A DNA stretch of 64,000 nt from an uncultured Acidobacteriota bacterium. GTDB taxonomy: Bacteria > Acidobacteriota > JAQAZP01. Below, in pieces: positions 47,245-55,009 of this stretch. Where the stretch lies: NCBI GenBank assembly GCA_963836075.1, contig CAWIIB010000009.1, positions 3,330,442 through 3,394,441 of the forward strand, given 5' to 3'. Positions within the stretch are counted from its first letter, which is position 1. Each line of letters opens with the position of its first letter. Under the pieces are notes generated by a model that was given only the letters and a program-made list of their open reading frames with translations, was not told the DNA's origin and did no database searches. The position numbers and the translations under genes were made by a program.

Positions 47245-48298
47245 CGCTGGTGCGGGTGAAGTTCACCGGCGAGCCGTTTTTGGCCGGCAAAGTCCAGACG
47301 TCGCCCCGGGCGCCCACGGCAACCCGTTTGCCGGTGGGGGAGAGGGAGCGGCTGAACAGCGATTCGGAGGCGTCCTTTATCTGGGGACGGATCTGGGGAC
47401 GGGCGCCGGGGATGGTGACCTGCACCGCAGTGCTGCCGCCACCGGCCAGGTCGAGCAGGCGCAGCTCGGCGCCCAGCTGGTAGACAATCTGGTTCGGGCC
47501 GATGGAAGGCCATTTCACGTCATAGGAGGCGTGGTCGGTCACCTGGGTGCGTGTGCCGTTCTTCGTATCGTAGGACCAGATGTTCAGCCGGTGTTCCGGG
47601 CCGTTGTCCGAGAGGTAGTAGAGGGTATCGCCGTGCCACATGGGGTAGGTGTCGGTACCTTCCCAGTCGGTGATCTTTTTGGAAGTGTTCTTCTTCAGGT
47701 TAATCAGCCAGATATCGGTGGCCATCCCGCCGCGGTAGCGTTTCCAGTTGCGGAAGTCCCGGGAGTGGGGGGTGTAGGCCAGCCACTTGCCGTCGTCGCT
47801 CACCGCGCCGTTGGCGCCGTAGGGCACCGGCATCTTTTCCGGCAGGCCGCCGTCCGCCGCCACCGTGAACAGCTCCCTGGTGCGGGGGTTGAGGCCGATA
47901 CCGCCGGCGTAAAAGATCAGTTCACCGTCCGGGGTCCAGTCGCAGAGCGTCTCGCCGGTGGGGTGGTGGGTCACCCGGAACGGTTCGCCGCCGGCCACCG
48001 GGATGGTGTAGAGGTCCTGGCCACCGTCGTAGTTGCCCATGAAGGCGATGGTCTTGCCGTCGGGACTGAACTTGGGGAATACCTCGCCCCCGGGCGGGCT
48101 GGCCAACGGCACGGCCGTGCCGCCGGTGACCGGGACCAGCCAGAGGTCATTGGAGTAGCGGAAGACGATATGCGAGTCACTGACATCAGGGAAGCGGATC
48201 ATTCCGGTGTCCGATGTTCCCGCCCAGGCCGTTGCCCCGGCCAGGGCCAGGATGGTGATCAGCAGGGGTATCCCTGTCCAGAACCGTTTTCCGCTCAT
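47132..48298 (-). CDS. tricorn protease homolog, N-terminal beta-propeller part with signal peptide
   Basis: RBS AAGGAGAG; signal peptide MSGKRFWTGIPLLITILALAGATAWA; PD40-type blades (...FSPDGKTIAFM..., ...SDDGKWLAYT..., ...FSPDKKWIAWF...). Confidence 0.6.
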   Translation of the reverse strand: MSGKRFWTGIPLLITILALAGATAWAGTSDTGMIRFPDVSDSHIVFRYSNDLWLVPVTGGTAVPLASPPGGEVFPKFSPDGKTIAFMGNYDGGQDLYTIPVAGGEPFRVTHHPTGETLCDWTPDGELIFYAGGIGLNPRTRELFTVAADGGLPEKMPVPYGANGAVSDDGKWLAYTPHSRDFRNWKRYRGGMATDIWLINLKKNTSKKITDWEGTDTYPMWHGDTLYYLSDNGPEHRLNIWSYDTKNGTRTQVTDHASYDVKWPSIGPNQIVYQLGAELRLLDLAGGGSTAVQVTIPGARPQIRPQIKDASESLFSRSLSPTGKRVAVGARGDVWTLPAKNGSPVNFTRTSGAAERYPTFSPDKKWIAWFSDGTGEYQLYISAADSSG

Positions 48299-48689
48299 CT
48301 GACGCTCTCCTTTGTTTGATGGCTCCCCGGCCCGATGGCGCCGCAACCCTGCGCCGCCACAGTTATGGGGGATCGTCACTCCCCAACCGCCGGCCGGCGG
48401 CCGGGAGTCGATTCGTAACATGAGTGAACATACACCGGAGTTCCGCACCCCAGGCTCCAGGCCGGAAGTCCGCTCTCACCCCGGTATTTCCCTTCTATAA
48501 CGCAGAAGGAAGCTCCAGGTTCCATTAATGATGGAACGTGTTTGTCTACTATATCAGCAGTTTACCCTGTGGGGATAGTGAAGCGGGGTTGGTTCAGGTC
48601 ATGGTCTATTGCTCCTCGCACCGGTCGCGTAACGCTCCGACGTCGCTCGGATGCAACAAAGCATGATCTGAACTCAATTTTTGGAGTAT

Positions 48690-49265
48690 TTACCAGGGGT
48701 TGAGGAAGACCTGGGTGAGGTGGTAAATGTTGCCATCCTTCCAGATACCCACGCCGGTCTCGCGGAATTCGGAAGTGAGGATGTTGGCCCGGTGCCCGTC
48801 GCTCTTCATCCAGCCGTCGATGGCCGTCTCCACCGGGTCGCTGAAGTTGATGTTCTTGGCGATGTTCTCCGCCACCAGGGCGAAGCGGATTCCTTCGGCG
48901 CGTAGCCGGTCGGCCACGTCGTTGCCGGCGGGATCAGAGTGGCCGAAAAATCCGAAACGGTTCATCCGGAAGCTGAATCCCCGTGAAATCCGGTTGAGGT
49001 CCTCGTTGGGCTCCAGGGGATCGAGGGCGTGAAACAGGCGGATGGCATTGATCTCTTCCAGCAGCCGCTGCTCCATGCCGGCCACCTCCTCAGACTGGGG
49101 TCCCCCTCCCGCCGGCCGGGTAATGGTGACCGCTTCGGCGGAGCGGCTGCTCAACTGGCTGTGGCTTCCCCCGGCCGACACGGGCGGGCCGGCCAGGAAC
49201 AGCGCTGCCAGGATCAGCATCGCTGCGGCCGAAACCATTCGGATCGGTTGTGCTCTATCGATCAT
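48690..49265 (-). CDS. CAP (SCP/PR1-like) domain secreted protein
   Basis: Signal-peptide-like N-terminus; ...GHRANILTSEFRETGVG...YHLTQVF... CAP signatures. Confidence 0.65.
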   Translation of the reverse strand: MIDRAQPIRMVSAAAMLILAALFLAGPPVSAGGSHSQLSSRSAEAVTITRPAGGGPQSEEVAGMEQRLLEEINAIRLFHALDPLEPNEDLNRISRGFSFRMNRFGFFGHSDPAGNDVADRLRAEGIRFALVAENIAKNINFSDPVETAIDGWMKSDGHRANILTSEFRETGVGIWKDGNIYHLTQVFLNPW

Positions 49266-49388
49266 CGATCCCTCCCAGTGACATTCCCTCTCTAATTTTG
49301 CCACAGGTGAGCGAATCCAGCTGACCGAAGTACAAAAAAAGGCCGCCGGAAGTTCCGGCGGCCGGCTGTCGGTTCCCGCTTCCCGGGA

Positions 49389-50279
49389 TTATTTCTGCTT
49401 CAACAGGACGTTGCCGCTGAAGGTGTTGATCTCTATCTTTCCGCCGCTCGACCCGGCCGGCGCATCCCAGTGCACGGTGCCCTTGCTGTACTCGTCGGAG
49501 ATGCCCTTCAGCCCGAACTCGTTGTTGATCTTGCCGCTGAAGGTATCCACCGAGAGCTCGGCGGCCAGGCTGCTCAGCAGGAAGACAACGTCTCCGCTGT
49601 GGGAATCCACCTCCACCCACACATTGCTGTCCAGGTCGATGTCGAACTGCAGGTTGCCGGAAACGGTTTCCGCGGTGAGGTTGCTGAACGTGCCGCCCTC
49701 CACCAGGAAGTCTCCGCTCACCGTGTTTCCGGACAGCCGGCCGCTGACACCGCGGAGGCGGATGTCGCCGCTGACACTGTCCACCTCTGTAATCGCCGAC
49801 TGGCATTCCAGGCTGATCTCGCCGCTCACCGTGGAGACCTCGGCCTCGCCGGAACCGCAGACCGCGGTGATGTCGCCGCTTACCGCCGCCAGTTCGATGT
49901 CACCGTCAAAATCGTTGAGTTCGATGTTGGCGCTAACCGTGGAGACATCAAGCGTGCAGTTGCTGGGCACGCTGATCACCAGGTGCGTCGGCTTGACGTT
50001 CCGCGATTGCTTGGGCAGCACCACTTCGATCTCCATCCGCGACGAGTCGCCGCTGATCCGCAGCTCTTCGGTGCCCTTGCCCAGGGTGCCGCTGACCTTG
50101 ACCTCGTTGCTGCCCCAGCCGGTGATCTTAACCGAACCACTGATGTTGGAGACCGAGAGGGTCGCTGAACTGTCCAGCGTCCGGGTCTCGTTGATTTCGG
50201 TCTGCGCCGCCAGGGGGGCGGCCATCAGCACCAGGATCACGCTCAGAGCCGCCGGGATCATCCACTTCATTCTGTTCAT
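49389..50279 (-). CDS. DUF4097-like repetitive beta-strand protein (putative adhesin, anti-sigma associated)
   Basis: RBS AAGGAGA; signal peptide MNRMKWMIPAALSVILVLMAAPLAA; repeated ...VSGDI.L... units; directly downstream of the anti-sigma gene. Confidence 0.55.
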   Translation of the reverse strand: MNRMKWMIPAALSVILVLMAAPLAAQTEINETRTLDSSATLSVSNISGSVKITGWGSNEVKVSGTLGKGTEELRISGDSSRMEIEVVLPKQSRNVKPTHLVISVPSNCTLDVSTVSANIELNDFDGDIELAAVSGDITAVCGSGEAEVSTVSGEISLECQSAITEVDSVSGDIRLRGVSGRLSGNTVSGDFLVEGGTFSNLTAETVSGNLQFDIDLDSNVWVEVDSHSGDVVFLLSSLAAELSVDTFSGKINNEFGLKGISDEYSKGTVHWDAPAGSSGGKIEINTFSGNVLLKQK

Positions 50280-50355
50280 CGTTTCATCTCCTTTATTTGC
50301 CAACATCATCTCGGTTATAAATGCTGTCATCTCAAATCGGTTTTATATCAACGGG

Positions 50356-51033
50356 TCACGACTCGCTGGCCATGCGGATCGCCCTTCCCTGGAGGGCCAT
50401 CTTTGCCCGGTAGGCCGAGGTGAGCAATCGGGTAAGGCCCGGTTCGTCCGGCGAGGCCACCCAGGCCGCCCGCGCTTCGGCGATGGCCCGGTCCACCACA
50501 GGCATGCTCTGCTGGAGCATATGACTCACCGGGCCGCTGTGGCCGTTGTATGATGCCAGTTCCTGCTCTCCCTGCTGGCACTCGGCCTCCAGGGCCAGCA
50601 GCACCGCATCGGTTTCCGGATAGTTCACCGCTCCGGCCGGCACACCGGTACGGGAAACGTCTTCCCCGGCAGGGACCAGCGGTTTGGTGTTGAACGACGA
50701 TATGCAGAGCACACCCACCACGGCCGCGGTGGCCAGGGCGGTGGGCCAGGACCAGCTAAAGAAGCCGAGGCGCCGCAGCAGCCTGGCGCCGTAGCTCTCC
50801 ACTGCCGCCTTCTTGGGCCGGGTCGCTTCGGCGATGGCCGGCCAGAGGTCCCGGGGCGGCTCGATGACCCGGGGCAGGGCAGCGGCCCCCTCTAGAACCT
50901 GCTTCAGCCCCTCCAGCTCGCGGCGGCAGGTCACGCACTGCCGGACGTGATTTTGCAGGTCCGTCACCATCGGGGCCTCCAGTACGCCGTCGATATAGTC
51001 GTTCAGGAGTTCAGCTGCACTATCGTGTTTCAT
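50356..51033 (-). CDS. anti-sigma factor (zf-HC2 type, single TM)
   Basis: N-terminal H-x3-C-x2-C (...HVRQCVTCRREL...); central hydrophobic segment; overlaps sigma gene stop. Confidence 0.6.
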   Translation of the reverse strand: MKHDSAAELLNDYIDGVLEAPMVTDLQNHVRQCVTCRRELEGLKQVLEGAAALPRVIEPPRDLWPAIAEATRPKKAAVESYGARLLRRLGFFSWSWPTALATAAVVGVLCISSFNTKPLVPAGEDVSRTGVPAGAVNYPETDAVLLALEAECQQGEQELASYNGHSGPVSHMLQQSMPVVDRAIAEARAAWVASPDEPGLTRLLTSAYRAKMALQGRAIRMASES

Positions 51034-51659
51034 GGCTTTACCTCCCGGACAGTTGTTTCCATTGCCGTGCGGAGCAGTTTCCGCGCCCGGTGCAGCTGGG
51101 CTTTGATAGTTCCCTCGGCCAGACCGGTGAGCGCCGCGATTTCACGGTGCCGGAACCCCTCCACGTCGTGGAGCACGAACGCGGTCCTGGCCCCGTGGGG
51201 CAGACGGGCCATCGCCCGTTCGAGATCCAGGGCCCGGTCCGGTTCGGTGCTGCTGGTGCCGCCGGCCCCGGCCTGCAGCAGGCTGTTGCCGTCCGCGGCC
51301 AGCCACTTCGACTCCCTTTTTCTGCTGCGCCGGTCCTCCAGCACCATATTCACCGTCAGCCGGCGGAGCCAGGCAGCAAAGGGGCCCTCGGCCCTGAACG
51401 AGTCGAGCTTGCGCCAGACCTTGACAAAGACGTCCTGGGTCAGCGATTCGGCCAGCGCCGGATCTCCGGTGATACGGAGACAGAGGGCGTATACCCGGCC
51501 GGCGTGCATCTTGTAGAGCGCTTCGAATGACCGGCTGTCGCCGCACCGGGCTCTGTTTACCAGTTCATTCACCGCCGGGTCCGCATCGTCGGCCAGCATT
51601 CTGTTCTCCGTTGCCGTGCCCAGGTCCATCAGGATCTCCCCGAAAATTTCCGTATTCAC
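51030..51659 (-). CDS. ECF-type RNA polymerase sigma-70 factor
   Basis: Sigma70 region 2 (...YALCLRITGDPALAESLTQDVFVKVW...) and region 4 (...AFVLHDVEGFRHREIAALTGLAEGTIKAQLHRAR...). Confidence 0.85.
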   Translation of the reverse strand: MNTEIFGEILMDLGTATENRMLADDADPAVNELVNRARCGDSRSFEALYKMHAGRVYALCLRITGDPALAESLTQDVFVKVWRKLDSFRAEGPFAAWLRRLTVNMVLEDRRSRKRESKWLAADGNSLLQAGAGGTSSTEPDRALDLERAMARLPHGARTAFVLHDVEGFRHREIAALTGLAEGTIKAQLHRARKLLRTAMETTVREVKP

Positions 51660-51762
51660 ACTACTGACGGCAAAAAGGGGCAGAGGGTTTGAATCGATGA
51701 GTGCTTTTTATGATTTTTCCGGTCTGACGGGGGATTGTCAACCGGGGTGGGGTCTATTGTTC

Positions 51763-51817
51763 TGTCATTGCGAGCCGCTGACCTGCGGGCACCTCAGGTC
51801 AGCGGCTCGCAATGACA
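51763..51817 (-). terminator. 23-bp perfect inverted repeat (hairpin) 10 nt downstream of the ugd stop; putative terminator
   Basis: TGTCATTGCGAGCCGCTGACCTG - 8-nt loop - exact reverse complement; lies between convergent ugd end and sigma gene start region. Confidence 0.45.
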
Positions 51818-51827
51818 ATACGGGGTT

Positions 51828-53213
51828 TTACAGGTGGCTCAGCGCCGGCTTGCCAATGGGGTACACATTGAAGCCGATGCGGAAAAGCTCTTTATGGTCG
51901 AGGATGTTTCGCCCGTCAAAGACAAAGGCCGGTTTTTCCATCGCCGCATATATCTTCTCGTAATCCAGTGTCTTGTAGAGCTTCCACTCGGTGATCACGG
52001 CGATGGCGTGCGCCCCCGCAGCGGCCTTGTAGGGATCTGGCTCCAGCTCCACCCGGTCAATCACGTCCTCCAGGTCGATCCTGGCATTTTTAAGCGCCTG
52101 GGGATCGGTGATCACCACGCGGGCATGTTCCTCCAGCAGTTTGCGGGTGATGTAGATCGCCGGTGACTCACGGGTGTCGCCGGTGTCGGCTTTGAATGCG
52201 AATCCGAAGAGGGCCACTCTCTTTCCGGCGATGGTGTTGAACATGGCGTGACCCATGTTCTCCACGAACCGCGCCTCCTGCCATTCGTTGATCTTGACCA
52301 CGTTTTCCCAGTAGTTGGCCACCTCATCCAGACCGTAGTGCTCGCAGATGTAGACCAGGTTGAGGATGTCCTTCTTGAAGCAGGAACCGCCGAACCCCAC
52401 GCTGGCGTTGAGGAACTTGGGGTTGATCCGCGAGTCGGTGCCGATGGCGTGGGCCACCCGCGAGACGTCGGCGCCGGTTTTCTCGCAAAGGGCCGAGATG
52501 CTGTTGATCGAGGAGATCCGCTGGGCCAGGAAGGCGTTGGCCACCAGCTTGGACAGTTCGGCGCTCCAGACATCACAGGTCAGGATCCGCTCCCGGGGCA
52601 CCCAGTTGGCGTAGATATCCACCACCGACTGCCGGGCCTTGATCCCCTGCTCGGTCTCCCGCGAACCGATGAGCACCCGGTCGGGGGCCTCCAGGTCGGC
52701 CACCGCCGTTCCCTCGGCCAGAAACTCGGGATTGGAGAGCACGTCGAAGTGCAGACCCTTGTCGTTGGTGTGCAGGATCCGCTCCATGGCCTTGGCCGTG
52801 CGGACCGGCAGGGTGCTTTTCTCGATGATGATCTTGTCTGAAGTGGACGCGCTGAGGATGTCCCGGGCCGTCTTTTCCCAGTACTGCAGGTCGGCAGTCT
52901 TGCCCGCACCCCGGCCGTAGGTCTTGGTTGGGGTATTGACCGAGACAAAGATGATCTCCGCGTCCTCGATGTTCCTGGTGATCTCAGTGGTAAAAAAGAG
53001 GTTGCGCCCCCTGGCGATTTTCACCACCTCGAGCAGGCCCGGTTCGTAGATCGGCAGCTCGTCGCTCTGCCACTCCTCGATCCGCACCGGGTTGATGTCG
53101 GCCACGGTGACTTTGTACTGCGGGCACTTGGCTGCGATCATCGCCATGGTGGGACCGCCAACATACCCGGCGCCGATGCAGAGGATGTGCTTTTCAAACT
53201 GTTCAGAGGCCAT
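51828..53213 (-). CDS. ugd: UDP-glucose 6-dehydrogenase
   Basis: N-terminal ...ILCIGAGYVGGPT... NAD-binding motif; full-length UDPGDH-like sequence. Confidence 0.9.
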   Translation of the reverse strand: MASEQFEKHILCIGAGYVGGPTMAMIAAKCPQYKVTVADINPVRIEEWQSDELPIYEPGLLEVVKIARGRNLFFTTEITRNIEDAEIIFVSVNTPTKTYGRGAGKTADLQYWEKTARDILSASTSDKIIIEKSTLPVRTAKAMERILHTNDKGLHFDVLSNPEFLAEGTAVADLEAPDRVLIGSRETEQGIKARQSVVDIYANWVPRERILTCDVWSAELSKLVANAFLAQRISSINSISALCEKTGADVSRVAHAIGTDSRINPKFLNASVGFGGSCFKKDILNLVYICEHYGLDEVANYWENVVKINEWQEARFVENMGHAMFNTIAGKRVALFGFAFKADTGDTRESPAIYITRKLLEEHARVVITDPQALKNARIDLEDVIDRVELEPDPYKAAAGAHAIAVITEWKLYKTLDYEKIYAAMEKPAFVFDGRNILDHKELFRIGFNVYPIGKPALSHL

Positions 53214-53345
53214 GCTCTTCTGTGCTCCTGCTCGATATGATTGTCTGTATGGCTCGATGCACCCCCACGTGCATGAAGGTTCACTTTCTTTTCGCCCCAG
53301 CGGCTCCGGATCTTGAGCCGCAGCCTGGCGAAAAGAAGCATTCTA

Positions 53346-53783
53346 TTAATGTTGGCCGGAATTCACAAGCTCCGGAAGGGCCGGGCGCACCTTGATCACG
53401 GTTTCCTTGCGGATGTGGACCGTGCCCCGCTTGTGGCCCCGGGCCTTGGATACGAAGCGGGCGCGGGTACAGGAGACCGGGGTGACTCCGCCATTCCGGG
53501 CCTTGCTGTGCCAGGCGGCGATGGCTGCCGCCATCTTCAGCGTTTCGCGGTCCGGCTCTTCACCCTCCCGGGCGCGGAGCAGCACGTGGCTGCCCGACAT
53601 GCCGCGAACATGGAACCACCAGTCGTTGGGCCGGGCCAGCTTTATGCTCAGCCGGTCGTTGGCCGCGTCGGTGCGGCCGGCCAGCACCACCCAGCCATGG
53701 GGCAGGTCGTAACGGCGGATGTCGTCGGCCAGGTTGTCGTCATCTTCAATGGGCGGTTTCCCGGGCACGTCGGGTCTCCTCAT
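53346..53783 (-). CDS. NFACT-R (DUF814)-like domain protein
   Basis: ...WWFHVRGMSGSHVLLR... motif as I recall it for this family; ~145 aa. Confidence 0.45.
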   Translation of the reverse strand: MRRPDVPGKPPIEDDDNLADDIRRYDLPHGWVVLAGRTDAANDRLSIKLARPNDWWFHVRGMSGSHVLLRAREGEEPDRETLKMAAAIAAWHSKARNGGVTPVSCTRARFVSKARGHKRGTVHIRKETVIKVRPALPELVNSGQH

Positions 53784-53983
53784 GGATCAGGAATTCTGCT
53801 GGGTCAGAGATATCATACTGAAGATTCACGAAATCGTGAACTGAACGGCAATCGTCACCCGGAGAAATCTTGACTCCCGAATAAGATGCCACTATTCTCT
53901 GATATCCCTCTGGACATTTAGAGGTATGAATCGCTGCATAGAATTTGGGCGGGCCGTTCCGGCCGCTCTGGAAGGAGATTGAC

Positions 53984-54763
53984 ATGAATCGTTTGAAGAT
54001 CATTGCCATGGCGCTGGCGGTCATCATGATGATCGCCGGATTCGCCGAAGCCCGCGGGCAGAGCGCTGAAGATCCGAGCCAGGCCAGCCCGGCTTCCCCG
54101 GCGGCGGCAAGCCTGAGCGACTACGAGAAGAACTCCCTTCTGCTGATGCGCCAGGAGGAAAAACTGGCCCGTGACGTGTATCTGACTCTGGGCGAGAAGT
54201 ACAACCTGCCGGTATTCAACAACATCCCCCAGGCCGAACAACGCCACATGGACCAGTTGGGACAGTTGCTGGAGAAATACGGCATGGACGATCCAGTTGC
54301 GGGGCTGGCGCGGGGAAAGTTTAACAGCGGCGAGATGCAGAGCCTCTATAACAAGTTGGTGGCCCAGGGCAGCAAGAGTCTCGCGGATGCTCTGCAGGCA
54401 GGTGCCACCATCGAAGACATGGACATTCACGATCTGGAGCAGGCCCTGGCCGGGGGCGTGGACAACCGGGACATGGTGCGGGTGTACCGCAACCTGGCCA
54501 AGGGTTCACGCAACCACATGCGGGCCTTCACCTCGCAGTTGAAGGCCCATGATGCGGTATACAAGGCCCAGTATATTTCCCAGGCTGATCTGGAGGCGAT
54601 TATGAACTCCGACTGGGAACGCGGCCCGGCTGACGGCCAGGGGCATGGCAGGCAGGGGCGTGGCGGCAAAGGCCGGGGACAGGGGCGCGGCCAGGGGGGG
54701 GGCCATGGCCAGGGCGGAGCTCCGGCGGATTCCGGCCAATCTGCTGATTCGGACAAGCCCTGA
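53984..54763 (+). CDS. DUF2202-like (ferritin-like) secreted protein with Gly/His/Gln/Arg-rich C-terminal tail
   Basis: RBS GGAAGGAGA; signal peptide MNRLKIIAMALAVIMMIAGFAEA; tail GQGHGRQGRGGKGRGQGRGQGGGHGQGG. Confidence 0.5.
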   Translation: MNRLKIIAMALAVIMMIAGFAEARGQSAEDPSQASPASPAAASLSDYEKNSLLLMRQEEKLARDVYLTLGEKYNLPVFNNIPQAEQRHMDQLGQLLEKYGMDDPVAGLARGKFNSGEMQSLYNKLVAQGSKSLADALQAGATIEDMDIHDLEQALAGGVDNRDMVRVYRNLAKGSRNHMRAFTSQLKAHDAVYKAQYISQADLEAIMNSDWERGPADGQGHGRQGRGGKGRGQGRGQGGGHGQGGAPADSGQSADSDKP

Positions 54764-55009
54764 TATTGCAGTGGAATAAGTTCCCGCTCTCCCATTGCTC
54801 CTTGCATCGGGCACCACGCGGGAACTATAGTAAATACACAAGAAGTTGATTTTGCCCGGGAGCGTTGCGGCGGTTCCCGGGTTCTATTTCTTCATTCATC
54901 CATAACCGCTCGTTCTCCCCGCCACCGGTCGATATTCTCCCACTCGACACAGGGCAGTACCGTCATCGGACAGGGGAATTGGTAACAACCGCCGAGGAGG
55001 CTCCTGAAC

